Positions 10,913 to 23,751 of a stretch of 64,000 nt of DNA are shown here, piece after piece. Each line of letters starts with the position of its first letter. Position 1 is the first letter of the stretch. This DNA is from Takakia lepidozioides (taxonomy: Eukaryota > Plantae > Bryophyta): contig CM060732.1 in assembly GCA_030704615.1 (NCBI GenBank), positions 15,004,001 through 15,068,000 on the forward strand, read 5' to 3'. Both the position numbers and the translations under genes were made by a program. Below the pieces are notes generated by a model. That model saw only the letters and a program-made list of their open reading frames with translations, ran no database searches and was not told the DNA's origin.

Positions 10913-13900
10913 TTATTGACGTGTAGTTCGGGGCTTAGCTGGATATCGTTGATGAAACTCTTGGACTTTGTCAGATGCATTGACAAGGTTGGATGAAGGT
11001 TCCCACGTTCGTTTGCTGATGTCGTAGCCTTTCCAATGTACAAAATACTCAAGACGTTTATACTTGATGCGAGAGCCTAGGACTTCGTCGACTTCATACT
11101 CGATTTCCTGATTGACTTCGATTGGTGGAGGTGATACGGAGACTCTCCCTGGAATATTCGATGGATGATACAACTCCAATAATGAAACATGAAAGACTGG
11201 ATGGATGCGCATACTTCGTGGGAGTTCAAGCCGAAAACTGACCGGATTTATTTGTCGAATAATTTTGAATGGTCCCAGGCGTTGATAATCCAACTTCCTT
11301 GATGGTCGCGAGGTTTGTATGTCCCGTCGAAGAAGCCACACACGATCTCCGACCTTGAACTGGGGTTGGAGTTGGCGATGTTGATCTGCACACTCTTTGT
11401 ATTGTTTTTGAGCTTCTGCGAGGTGGAATGTAAGCTCTTTGTGAATCGTAGCAAGATGAGTAGCAAGGTTTTCTGCAGCAGGGCTTCCAACAGTCTTCAT
11501 GTGGAAAGGGTTTGCTCGAGGATGATGACCATAATTGGAGAAAAATGGAGTTTGCTTGGTCGAAGAATGTATAGTGTTGTTGTATGCAAACTCAACCAAT
11601 GACAGAAGGTCCGTCCAATTATCTTGGTGATAATTTATCGTACAACGAAGATACTGCTCCAAAATCTGGTTTACGCGTTCGGTTTGACCATAAGTCTGTG
11701 GATGATTAGCTGTAGAGAGATTGATCTTAGTATCCAATATGTGAAATAATCCCCTCCAGAAATTTGATATGAACTGTGGTCCTCGATCAGATACGATGTC
11801 TTTCAAGAGTCCATGAATGCGGTAGATATTATTAAGAAAGAGTCTTGCAGTTTCCTCGCCGGTAACCGTCTTATTACATGGAATGAAATGTGTCATCTTT
11901 ATAAAACGATCTACAATAACAAGGATTAAATCGGTGGTCTTGGAAATTGGAAGGTCCGTAATAAAGTCCATAGACACGGACGACCATGGACCATTGGGAA
12001 TGGGTAATGGTTGAAGAAGGCCGTAAGGTCGATGTCGTGGTCCCTTCGCTCTAGCACACGTGTCGCAAGATTTTATAAATTCTTTCACGAGTTTCCACAT
12101 TTGCTGCCACCAATAGTCCATGTATATCAATTCCATTGTTTTGTTGAAGCCGAAATGTCCTGCAGCCGGAAGATCATGACATATTTGAAGAATTCGTAGT
12201 CGTGTAGGTCCTGGAGGTACATAGAGAAGTCCCTTGAAATAAAGTAAGTCATCTTTGAATTCGAAGTCGTTTGTAATATGTGGATTGTCTCGAGGTCGAT
12301 TTAGTTGACTTCGTAGTGTCGTAACAAATTGGTCGCTCTTCAGTGCTTTCTAAATCTCTTTTATGATCTCTGCATTGTCATAGGTGGACATAGATGACAT
12401 ATTCAATTGGAGATTTGCTGGTTTCAAGATGATGGATTTTTGTTGGTCAAAAGTTGCATCCCTTTCTTTTGGCGCAAGATACGATCGTCGAGAAAGAGCA
12501 TCTGGTTTTCCTTGAAGATGTCCGGGACGGTAGGTAATAACAAAATCAAACCTTGCTAGCGAAATACTCCATCTCACTTGACGTCAATTCAAAACACGAG
12601 CACTCATAAAATACTCGAGGTTTTTGTGATCGGTATAGACAGTGACCCGATGTTTAGCTCCCTCCAATAGATGACGCCACTCCTCAAAAGCATCGATAAT
12701 CGCTAGAAATTCTTTGTCATGGATTTCATAATTGATCTCCGTAGCGAAAAATTTGCGAGAACGAAAACCAACAGGGTGGAGTCAGCTATCTGTACCGTAT
12801 TGAGAGAGTACCGCGCCAAGTGCAAAGTCCGATGCATCTGCTTCCAAAAAGAATGGTTTAGATGGGTCTGCATGTACCAGTATTGGAGCCGTTGTAAATG
12901 CCTGCTTCAGCCTTTCAAATGCTTGGTCAGCCTTCTCGTCCCATACAAATTTGTCCTTCCCTGTGAGTCGTGTCAATGGTGCAACAATTTTGGAGTAGTC
13001 CTTGATGAATATTCTATAGAAATTTGCAAATCCCAGAAAACATTGTACATCTCGGACCGAAGTTGGTTTAATCCACTCGATGACGGTTTGTATTTTCTTC
13101 TGATCCATAAAGACGCCTTTGTCGGAAATAATGTAGCCCAAAAATTCGATCTCAAATTGATAGAAAAGATATTTTTTCAACTTGGCATATAGTCTTCTTT
13201 CTCTTAATTTATCAAGGACAAGGCGTACATGGCGGCCATGTTCTTCTTCATTTTGTGAAAATATCAAAATGTCGTCCAAATAGATGACTACAAAGTCATC
13301 TAAAAATTCTCGAAAGATGTCATTCATCATATGTTGAAAAATTGCTGGAGCATTTGTAAGATCGAAGCATAACACTGTATTCAAAATGTCCATACCTTGT
13401 TCGAAAAGCTGTTTTCCATTCGTCTCGTTCTTTTATCCGTACAAGGTTTTAAGCTCCTCTCAAGTCAATTTTGGTGAAAATCTTTGCTTGTCCCAGTTGG
13501 TCGAGAAGCCCAGAAATCAGCGGCAACGGATAACGATTCTTAATTATGACTTTGTTGAGACCGCGATAGTCCACACACATGCGTAATGATCCGTTTTTTT
13601 TTTTCACAAACAAGATAGGCGCCCCTGCAGGTGATTTTGAATGTCGGATGAAGTTCTTCGACAAATTTTCATCAATGTTCTCACGTAATGCAGCCAACTC
13701 TGTCTAGGATAAGTTATAGATTGGGCCGAATGGTGGTTGGGCTCCTTCTTGTAACTCAATTGCACAGTCATAAGGTCGATGTTCTGGCAATATGTCTGCA
13801 TTTTTCTTCTCGAAGACATCCTTGAAATCTTAATATTGAGTGGGTAATGTCGAAGTACCTTTGTCTGTTGTGGTCTTGATCGGAGTCGCATAAAGTGCAA

Positions 13901-14290
13901 ATGCCACATCTTTTTTGGTAGCTCTCATGAAAGCTCTAGCTCCAAGGAACAGAGGTTGAATACCTTTGATATTTCTACATTTTTGTCTTGCAGAAATTTT
14001 TCGCGATCGCCAGTCGATGTCAGGATTGTGAAGTACGAACCAGGGAAGTCCAAGAATCACAAGATTCATTGGAGACTGGATGATGTTGAAAACAATATGT
14101 GATGCTTGATCTTCAAGCTTCACTTCAAGTGATCGAGTTTCATGGTCAACATTTCCTGATGCTAACGGTCGTCCATCGATGACTTCAACGGGGGCCGAGA
14201 GTTTCTTCTTTACGAGCGTTAAATTGTGTTGCTTCGCAAAGTTTTTGTCAATAAAACATGCTGAAGCCCCTGAGTCCAAAAGTGCTTCTA
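10913..14290 (-). pseudogene. Chromovirus pol: protease, RT, RNase H, integrase, chromodomain
   Basis: [42 protein letters not shown]...SDRG...TERVNQ, LGPF, YEVDEVL...WKGY...TWEP; multiple stops. Confidence 0.95.
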
Positions 14291-14437
14291 CAGAGATATC
14301 TCAATTTTGCATTCTGATTTTTACCGGAACTGTGAAGCAAGGTGCAGGGTCTGGAGGTAGAAAGAGACATTTTTTTGGTGAGGAATTTGTGGTGTCCAGC
14401 CGCATGGTCCCTACTGTGACTGGACATCTTCGTTTTC

Positions 14438-15449
14438 CTACCTCATCGTATCAAACACTTGAGTTGCGCCCCGAGCTTTGAATCTTCTCTTGTTGGGGCA
14501 GTTTAATGCTATATGATCTTCTTCTCCGCAATAGAGGCATAACCCATTCAAGCGCCGTCTTTGTTTTTCTTGTGGCGTCAATGGCTTGAATCGGACAACA
14601 TCAAACTGCATAAGATCACTACCGGATGTCTGATGGATCGTTGTGTTTGGTGCCGTAGTAGCAGCGGCATGATGCGTCGTCGACCATCCAGATCGCTTCT
14701 CTTGACGTCTTTCGAACAAACGATTATCGCATGCAATGACTTGGGTGATGAATTCGCTCAGTGTGCTCAAGTTTGGCATTGTTAGCAACAAATCTTTTAC
14801 ATCCTCCTTTAGCCCACATCGAAACTGACTAATGAGGCTCTTCTCATGCCAGTCGAGGTCGCACGTAAGTTGTCAAAATTCGGCAACATAACCGGAAGCA
14901 TGACGTGCTCATTGTCGAAAATTTCGCATCTTTGTCTCTGCAACTCTCTCCGTATTATTTTCTCCAAACGTTGCAGTGAACTCGGACATTATGCTTCAAG
15001 ATTGAATAGTAAATGCGATTTTTTTTTCTAATAGCGGTGCAAACCAAGATAGGGCAGTGCTTGATAGAAGGGTGCCAATGAATCCCACTTGAATACCTTC
15101 ATCGGGGTAGCGTTGTGGATGTAGTCGTAGGAACAGTCGTATTTGTTGAACAAACCGCGAAATCTTGATCTTGTCCCATCAAATTTCTTGGGCATGCTGA
15201 TCTTTGGTTCTCTCGTAATCTGTTGAAGAGGAACTGTTGCAGTAGGAGCTGTTGCAGTAGAGACTCGTATGGTTGAAGATCCATTGTTCGACTCCTTTCA
15301 CTCTGAAATTTGTTGTTGCAAATTATGGAGAATGTTGCCAAGATCTTGAGACTGATCGCTTGTAATTGGGCGGTAGAGGTACGAAGTTCTTGCATCTGGA
15401 GCTGAAGACTCTGCAATGTGGCGACCATTTCCACAAATGTGCCTTCCAT
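14438..15449 (-). pseudogene. Chromovirus gag with CCHC knuckle
   Basis: CLYCGEEDHIALNC; frameshifted. Confidence 0.85.
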
Positions 15450-15470
15450 CTTAACTAACTAAGGAACAAA

Positions 15471-15487
15471 CTTCAGTCTCGCCAAAC
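15471..15487 (-). promoter_or_regulatory. Self-priming (Tf1-type) primer binding site
   Basis: Minus-strand GTTTGGCGAGACTGAAG next to the 5' LTR is complementary to an LTR segment ~20-25 nt downstream of TATATATA. Confidence 0.7.
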
Positions 15488-16100
15488 TGTCAAGGACGAG
15501 AACATGACTAAACACAAACAAGAGATCAGACTAGAGGTACAAGACTAGACAAGAAGTCAAGGTCGACGTGACCGAATACATGGTGGATAAACATGAATCA
15601 AGATGATCTTTATAACAATGGACAAGAGTACAAGATACTGGAACTTGACTCGAATACTGGAATGCTGGAAACTGGACTGGGGTACCAGATACTGGAAACT
15701 GGACTAGAGTACTGGAAGCTGGATTGGAGTACTGGGATTGGGAACAAGAGTAGCTTGAACTTGTGTTGGCGAGACTAAAGAGTGTCCAGTCTCGCCTCCT
15801 ATATATACTGGCTATTAAGAAGTTTCCCTAATAAGCTTCCCCTATGGAGGTTTCTTGCTGGAGAAGTTTCCAAGATTAAACAAAGGTTTTTTGATGGAGA
15901 AGCTTCCTTAAACAAATGAGGTATCTTGATGGAGAAGTTTCCTCCAAATGAAGCTTCCTGAGCAGTTTCCCAAGTTACTCTTGATAATTTGGTAAACTCC
16001 CGGTAACTTGATAAGCAATGGTAAATCATGATAAATCATAGTAACTTGATAATTTTTGGTATTTACTCCTAGTAAGTTCATTTGGGCTATGTCCGTGACA
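15488..16100 (-). repeat. 5' LTR of the chromovirus (613 bp)
   Basis: TGTCAAGG...GTGACA, followed by the TSD GTGTC. Confidence 0.95.
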
Positions 16101-16342
16101 GTGTCCACCTTTCAGCTGGAAGGCAGTAGCCCTTGTGGTGAAGAGACACCATAAGTTACGCTCCCTTCGGAAGGCGTCATATATATATATATATATATAT
16201 ATTCCTATAAGTATACTCCTGTAGCAGCCATACCCACTAGTGAGTTGTTTTTCAACCCATCGACAATAGTAGAACTATCTAGAAAGTAGAATTCTATAGA
16301 AAGTCAACTAGTGAACTAGGGAAGATGGCTATACCAACTCTG

Positions 16343-17074
16343 GCCCGCGAGTAGCGGGTTTAAGGGGTTCTGGACCTAGCTGGCGGGCCCGGGTCCGGTT
16401 CCGAGTTCATTTTAAAAATGAACCCGGGTCAGGGTCCGAGTTTTTGGTGATGGCACGGGTCCAGATCCGGATAGGTAACCCGGACCCTAACCGGGGTTTT
16501 TCTTAGGGATTTTGAAAAGGGGTAGGAGTGGCTATATATATTGGGTGTAGGGTAGTGCAAGTGGCCCACTCTAGGTAATTTTCCTCGAATTGGTAGGCTA
16601 CATGTATTTCCAGCTTTGCCATATTTTGCGAATTAAATGGATGTTGATGAGCAATAGAAGGTGAAGTACATAAATAGTTGAAGCCATAGGACGAATGGAA
16701 CTCTTTCTATGTGAAAACCATAGGCTAATTGGTACAAATGAGGTGTATAGTTCTCCCAAGACATGCGACGAGCATCTCCTTGGGAAACGGAGGAGGCCCC
16801 ACAATCCTAAACCCACTCTCATCTTGCCCGTCAGATCATCCTGCATGGGGCCCGCCATGGCCATATCTGTGTGCCCCCGTGGGTCCACAGGCAAGGACCT
16901 CTTTGAGACCCCCCAGTTTTTGGCGAAAACTGCCTTATTTGGACCTCTTTTCCCTTTGTTTCATTCGCCAAGGGGATTTTTAGGCGGCCAAATGGCGAAA
17001 AATCGCCAATAAAAAAAACGCTGACCCTAACCCGCTGGATACCCGGGGTCAAAACCCGGACCCGCACAACACTG
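16343..17074. mobile_element. hAT-like non-autonomous remnant
   Basis: ACCCG/CGGGT subterminal repeats at both ends; right end ...CACAACACTG (CAGTGTT-type TIR); left TIR not seen. Confidence 0.45.
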
Positions 17075-17109
17075 TCGTCGATGTCAAGTTCCCCCCCCCC
17101 CCCCGGGGA

Positions 17110-17388
17110 TGAGCGGGCGTCAGGCACATGGGATTTATTATTATTTTTTATTATTATTTTTTCCCGACATTTGGGAAGATGTCGTCGATGATCATCGTGA
17201 AATCATGATCATGTAGAAATCGAGTGTGTTGACGCACTCACTTTTCCGCGGGGAGGGGGAACAAAAAAAAACAAGGAAAAAAAATGTCTCCCCCCACCCC
17301 CAGCGGAGAACTGAGTGCGTCAACGCACTCAATTTCTTCATGATCACGATTTCACAATGATCATCGACGACATCTACCCAAATGCCGG

Positions 17389-17429
<41 letters not shown>

Positions 17430-17482
17430 TTAATTTTTTTTAGTTTTGTTTTTTGAATTCTCATGTGTCTGACGCCCGCTTA
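17110..17482. mobile_element. Fold-back MITE-like element
   Basis: AGCGGGCGTCAGGCACATG / CATGTGTCTGACGCCCGCT termini; ~140-bp inverted arms. Confidence 0.7.
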
Positions 17483-17893
17483 ATTCCCAGCCCTATTTCC
17501 CTCCACGAACATGGCAGTTCGCCAAGGGTTAGGGTTAGGGTTTGGGGTTACGATTTGCAGTGTTTCCCCAGTTTGCCGTGTTTGCCGTGTTTCCGCGGTA
17601 ATGACGTTAGCTTAATTCCCAACCTGTTTCCCTGCACGAACATGGCAGTTCGCTAAGGGTTAGGGTTAGGGTTTGCCGTGTTTGCCGTGTTTCCGCGGTA
17701 ATGACGTTAGCTTAATTCCCAGCCTGTTTCCCTGCACGAACATGGCAGTTCGCTAAGGGTTAGGGTTAGGGTTTGCCGTGTTTGCCGTGTTTCCGCGGTA
17801 ATGACGTTAGCTTAATTCCCAGCCTGTTTCCCTGCACGAACATGGCAGTTCGCTAAGGGTTAGGGTTAGGGTTTGCCGTGTTTCCGCGGTAAT
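17480..17893. repeat. 100-bp tandem repeat (4 units), each with AAGGGTTAGGGTTAGGGTTT
   Basis: CTTAATTCCC recurs at 17611, 17711 and 17811; telomere-like/telo-box motif in each unit. Confidence 0.9.
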
Positions 17894-20800
17894 GGGTGCT
17901 CATCCGCGGAAATACACCCTACATCTTCCCCCATTCTCGTGCCACGTGGACTGGGCTCACGTCAGGCTCTTAGGCTCACAATCTCCTGGCTCGCGTGGCT
18001 AGGCTCACATTCTAGCATTCCTCTTCACCCAATTATGGGCTTCTTTGCAATTATTCGATTTAGTTATTTAGTTAGTTTTTGTTTTATTTCTTATTTTCTA
18101 TTTTTCATTCTCTCTTTTTTCTCTTTTTTTTCTTTTTCTTTGAGAAAGGGGAGGAAGCCCTTGTGAGCTTTATCATTTATTATCTTCTCTATTTCTAGTT
18201 TTACTTCTAGTTTGTTGTTTGTAGTATTTATTCTAATGACTCTGTAGGGGTTTTATCCAAAATGGTCTTGATTTGGGGTGGTGTGAATTTAGAGTCCATT
18301 AATGTCAATGTAGATGTCTTCATATATATATATTTTTTAAACTTGATATGTTGTAGTGGTTAAGTTTAGGGTTGTTTAATGTTAATGTTGATGTGTTGTA
18401 GTACTCAATATTTAGACATTAGAATACTATTAGATTCTATTAAACTCTTAAGTACATTGTAGTGAATTTGCATTTTAGATATGGCCAAGGATGCGGACAA
18501 GACACTTGGAAAGACGAGAAAAAGACCTGAAGCCAATCTTTATCGTGCTTCAGCAAGGAAGAAAGGTTTGACTACACCCCGAACTAATAATGTCTTGTGT
18601 TCTTCTACATCCAATCCCAATGGTGATAGGGTCCCCCCCCAAGGGCCTAGTGTTGATGCCCCCATCTTCCAGGAGGATCTTCCACCCCATGTTTCTCTTG
18701 AGGCCTGTAGTAGTGCTGCTAATGAGTCGGAAATTGGGCCTACACCACCCACGTCTCCTCCGACAAACACATTTATAGGTGTTAGGATAATTGAAGAGGG
18801 TCCTAGCTGGATGGGCCAACATAATATTTCGGATGGTCCTTCTCCAAGCAGTGATGTTAAGAGAATCATGGCACGCAAATGGGCAAACCTGACTATGGCA
18901 CAAGAGAGAGGGAGGGTGGGGAAAGAGAGGGTGGAGAGGGGTCTCGGAGGTGGAGAGGTCTAGTGCATAATGCGAGTTAGTTTCCCCGAAGGGTAGACTG
19001 GTAGCAACCAATAAAGCGTGGACTCTTAGTTATCCATCAGTTCCATATCCTCCCCACAATACTCCCAATCTGCAGCTCAACACATTACTGCAACAAATCC
19101 AGTCTCTCACCACCAAGAACTACTCTTCCTCACTCCATCTCTTCACCTCACCAGTTCACCGCCTCTAGTTCTATTCATATCTCCGAAAAACAAGAAGAAG
19201 GCCAAATCTCTGTAGAATCCTGTCTTAAGTCCCCTGTCCCACTTGCCCGTGCAATTATTGCATCTGTCCCTCCTAAAGTTGATATCTTCAACAATTCCTA
19301 GCTGCAGAGCTGATACTGCCGCCATTACAGAGAATTGAATGAGCTACAAGCTATGGAAGAGTGATTAGCAGCCAAAAACTAAAGCATGCAGGCCTAGTGT
19401 CTGCTCCAAAATACATGGCATCAGCAGATCGATATGCACACCCGTGGTGCTGCACTCAACCCCGCCGCTCCTCATCAAACCCGCAGATTTAGGGCAAACA
19501 GATGATGATTGAATGAATGTCTTTCATCCACCGCACTAAAATTCATCCGACGCATTCATTCGTTGAACGTGAATTCATCCCCAAAGGACTTAGCCCCAAA
19601 CCAAAGACCCAAAAATTCACCACAATATTCACACTACATATGTGATGTGGCTCCTTTTTTTTTAAGTGACAGGGTCCCCGATGTCCATTTTCTCAGTGGA
19701 TGGTCCTCCCAGGGCTTGAGATCCATCATGTTTCTCACTCAAGTTCCTCCTGACCTATCCTTGATGGCACATCTGCTCATCCTTCCTTGGCCTTGAGCTC
19801 AGGATCAGGTTATGGTATTTTTCCTTTTTTAGCATCAAGTACCATGGATAGGGCAGCAGGCAAGTCAGTTACTTCCAGCTTATGTGTCAGTGCCTGCAGA
19901 TAATCCTTGTCCCTTGATTGGTGTGTCCCTCCAGCATGTTCATGTATGTAAAAGTGTGTGTTCTTGCAGTGCATGGACAGATGATGTTTCATCAGTGACA
20001 GGTATATGTTTTCATCCCATTCATTTGCGTCTAGAGCCATAACTCCATTTTCCAGTGCTTTAGCGACCCAAGCAACCACCTCATTAAATTGTGGTGTGAT
20101 CTGCTCATGCTGTATGCCATGATGTGTACATGTCTCTGCAAATTCTCCTCCCCACTCTGCTTCATTGCTGGAACGTATTACGCCAGGGCAGCCATATCGC
20201 ACAATGATCACCTCTTCCAAACAGCGCTTGGTGAACGTGGGTTTTTGATCTGCCAATGGACTGGTTTCTACCTTCCCCGAGTAGGGGTCAATGGCCACTA
20301 ACAGGAATCGGTTTCCATTTTTTGTCTCTCGAAACGGACCAGCAATGTCGACAATCACATGATGGAACAAGCTCTCAAGACATCTGCTGTGCGGTTGCAA
20401 GTGGTCTAAGTGGCCTGATCCCTCGCGACCCTTCTTGTGGTCTTCTGGTGTAATTTTATGCAAGGGCTGGCTGCTATGACAATCCCTTCTACTTCCATCA
20501 TGATAAGCACAATGTACTACCCTCTTGTTGTCTTGGTTTTCCTGCCTGTTGACAATATTGTGATGCCTCCACGTCTCACTGTCAGGCATGTCTGCTGGTA
20601 TAGCCAGGGGTGACTTAGAGACAGGATCGATGATAGCCAGGCTTGGCTGACTGTTTGGTTCCTCAGGAACCAAGCCATCCCTTCCACACGATTTATGATG
20701 TAGTTCAATCTCATTTCCTCGATCTGTACTTTCCTTGGGCCTGGTCTGCTTCCTGCGTGTCGCATCCATCCATGATTCAAAAATTCGCAACATGGCCAAA

Positions 20801-20933
20801 TAGTGGCAATGAGCATGCGTTGCGGAGGCGACCCTTGCTATGATTGCAGTGCTTGCACAATCGGCGATTTTCCACCACTTCATTCCGAACTCGTGGCGGC
20901 TGATTAACTCGATGATCATTATCGCCTGCTGTC

Positions 20934-22141
20934 TGTTGGAAGTCAATTCTAACATTCATCAAGTCATATGATGAATCTTGAAGGGACACAACTGTTAGAC
21001 AAAGAGTTGTGATCTGTGTGAGTTAGACCTATTGGGCTGTATCAATAGTCACAACTGTTCATATGTCTTAAAGTGAGCACACGCTCACTATTGTAACATC
21101 TTCTTATCAATTATAAGTCACTCTTTCTCTCTCCATCAATTTTACATGGTATCAGAGCTAGTGCTCAACCGATCCATAGAGATCTAATGAGAGTCGACTT
21201 AAGATTGTCATGCTAGTATTGTAATACTAGTAGATATGATAGTCAAATAACTATCAAAGAAGAGCTATCTTCATGATCTAAAACATGTTAATATTGATAT
21301 GTTCATATTAGTATGTTAATGTTGATCTTTGCTTCAATATGGTTACCATATGCACCTAAGTATGGTGAACAAATTATTCCTAGGCAAAGAAGCCAATGAT
21401 GGAATATTCATGGTGAAAAAATTGCAGAGAAGTCAGGGAGACAATTGAGTCTAATGGCCATTTCAAACATTTTAAAATGTTATTCAAGCATGTAACAATT
21501 TAGATTGTTAATGATGCTTGGAGTTCCAACAAACTTGTTTAAGAACCTTCATAGAGTTATGTCATGCGGCATTAACTTAAAGAAGAGATCTAAGGTGTCA
21601 TCCCAAAAGCATCACTATTGGTGCATTATTTGAACTTCAAATGAGCAATTTCTCCAACGAGAACTTCTATTTGAAAATCAAGCTATCTCTGACTAATTGA
21701 TAGCAAGCTGGTCACAATTACGACTTCCACTTTGATGTGAACAAAGTCTCAGTTCGCCACGGGAAAGGGAGCACATGTGAGAGGACGTTGGCCAACGCCA
21801 ACAACTCTATAGATCTTATTTAATCAAAGATTAAAATTATGTGAATATGCTTTAATAGCATTGTTGGACAAAAACAGGACCTTCAGAATTTAGACTCTTG
21901 AATGTTTTCATTGAGGGAGGGTGTTGGAAGTCAATTCTAACATTCATCAAGTCATATGATGAATCTTGAAGGGACACAACTGTTAGACAAAGAGTGACCT
22001 ATGATCTGTGTGAGTTAGACCTATTGGATGTATCAATAGTCACAACTGTTCATATGTCTTAAAGTGAGCACACGCTCACTATTGTAACATCTTCTTCATT
22101 ATCAATTACAAGTCACTCTCTCTCTCTCCATAAATTTTACA
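20934..22141 (+). mobile_element. TRIM / non-autonomous LTR element, 1.2 kb
   Basis: LTRs 20934-21146 and 21922-22141 (TG..CA); PBS TGGTATCAGAGC (tRNA-iMet type); PPT GAGGGAGGG; TSD CTGTC. Confidence 0.95.
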
Positions 22142-23181
22142 CTGTCCCCTTTGTGTAGAGCCTGGGGTCATCACCAGTGACACCCCTTCACTGCCAATAT
22201 TGTCTTCATGGTGGCTGCTGTCACTGATTGCACTTGTTGACGCGGTGTCAATGTTTCCTGCAGCACCAGGCTGCATAGTGGTTCCTTTTTCAGCACTTGG
22301 GCTCACCACATCCTCTGTTCCCTGCTCATGTTGCAGAGTAGATACCATGTTGACAGTGGGCAAGACACTGCCCCACATCGCCCCACCTTCTTGCTTAGCT
22401 ACCCTTGGATGCCCATCATAAAAACTGGACAGGGCATGTTCCCCCACAGTGTTGGGCATTGCTGCGCGGAGTGGACTTGGTGCATGTTGCACTCCTTCAT
22501 AATCAAACTCTCCTACCAGGTTATGGTTCTCACACAACATTTCCTCACATCCACTCATACCACTCTCATTTTGCACCATCTCATGGTCAGAAAAGCTCAC
22601 TCTTTTACCTTCAATTTGGGCATTGCCCACAGGGGTGCCCGACTTCTTCATGATCCCTTTTAAGATAACTCCTATCTCAAGATGCCTCTCCCCCAGGTTA
22701 GTTTCTAGGAATTCAAATGAGAAGACCTCCAGAGTGTTGCTGCCCGTATGGTGCTTAGACCAAAGCCACCAGAAAGGATCCAGATCTGTCAGTACATAAA
22801 AATGTTGCCCCACCAACTGCCTTCTAAAATGCCAAAATGCCCACACACAATGTGATATTCTTCTTTCTTAAATGCAAGACTACCAGGGTCTAGTTCATAT
22901 GACACCTCACGGCATGCCCTTATTACCTCTCTCCCTTTCCACTGACCTACACAAAGCAGCACTGTTAATCTCCAATTCCTCGGTCTCTTCAGCTGGACCC
23001 ACATGGTACCTACTCAAGGCATCAACATTAGAGTGTTTTGATCCAGCCCTATGGACAATCTTGAAATCAAAGTCCTGAAGCATCATAATCCATCTTCCAC
23101 GCCTACCATAGGCATCACTAACTGTAGCCAGCCATTCCAAAGGCTTATGATCAGTTCTGATAATGAAGGGAGTACCATAAA

Positions 23182-23296
23182 AGGTGGACGCGTTGCCAAA
23201 GCAAGCGTAACTTATGGTGTCACTTGACCTAGAAGGGCTACTGCTTCCAGTAGGAAGGTGGACACCTTTGTAACAACCAACAGGGTGGTTTGAACC
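23182..23296 (-). mobile_element. SINE copy 3 (5'-truncated at the B box)
   Basis: Reverse complement matches the 59041-59159 part of copy 4; TSD CCATAAA; interrupts the Gypsy RNase H. Confidence 0.85.
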
Positions 23297-23751
23297 CATA
23301 AAGGTACTGCCGGAAGTGAACTATTCCCCACACAAGAGCGTAGCACTCACCCTCCATGGGGTGGTACTTTTGCTGGGCATCAGATAATACCTTACTCGCA
23401 TACGCAACCACATGTTCACGCCGCTGATTTTTCTGGGATAGAATTGCCCCTACCCCTTTTCATGACCAGTCAACATCTAGAATAAACGATTTATTGAAAT
23501 CTGGCCTAGCCAAGACAGGGGCAGTCATCAATTTCAAACGCAGTGCCTCAAAGGCATTTTGTGCCTCAACAGACCACTTGAAGGGTACATCCTTCGTGGT
23601 CAGGTTGAACAAAGGCACACATATCATAGCAAATCCTTGAATATAAATACGGTAGTAACCAAACATACCAACAAAGACCCTCATCCCCGTGGGGTTCTTG
23701 GGTATGGGAAAAGTTTGAATCGAGGCTATTTTATTTGGATCAAACACCATT

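Larger units (their letters stand above)
10107..16100 (-). mobile_element. Full-length Ty3/Gypsy chromovirus (Tcn1-like), pseudogenised
   Basis: TG..CA LTRs at 10107-10758 and 15488-16100; 5-bp TSD GTGTC; PPT (revcomp GAGGAGGGGGTGA) at 10759-10771; gag-PR-RT-RH-IN-chromo order. Confidence 0.95.
10017..16200 (+). mobile_element. tRNA-derived SINE, copy 2, split by the Gypsy insertion (10017-10106 and 16101-16200)
   Basis: A and B boxes on the left, tail plus (TA)n on the right; halves rejoin through the TSD GTGTC. Confidence 0.85.
9595..18009. mobile_element. Possible TIR element hosting nested insertions
   Basis: GTGAGCCTAGCCACGTGAGCCCAGGAG (9595) is inverted at 17983-18009; inner AAACACGGC repeats (9772-9806) are inverted as GCCGTGTTT at 17575-17885; no convincing TSD. 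Confidence 0.45.
19640..23751 (-). mobile_element. Decayed non-chromovirus Gypsy pol (RT end, RNase H, second degenerate RNase H, degenerate integrase), interrupted by a TRIM and a SINE
   Basis: FILDVDWS, YHPMEGECYALVWG, TDHKPLEWL, VDIAGPF...LLVAID; PPT-like tract at ~19649-19663 and putative LTR start at 19638. Confidence 0.85.

Noticed and set aside
17525-17875. True telomere or chromosome-fusion site
   Set aside because: Only 2-3 hexamers per 100-bp unit, embedded in transposon-like repeats.
18481-18963. 160-aa ORF as a host gene
   Set aside because: Low complexity, no recognisable domain, and probably chimeric.
19810-20955. 381-aa ORF as a functional or domesticated integrase
   Set aside because: Its start lies in the TRIM LTR, and the second Asp and the Glu of the DDE triad appear lost.
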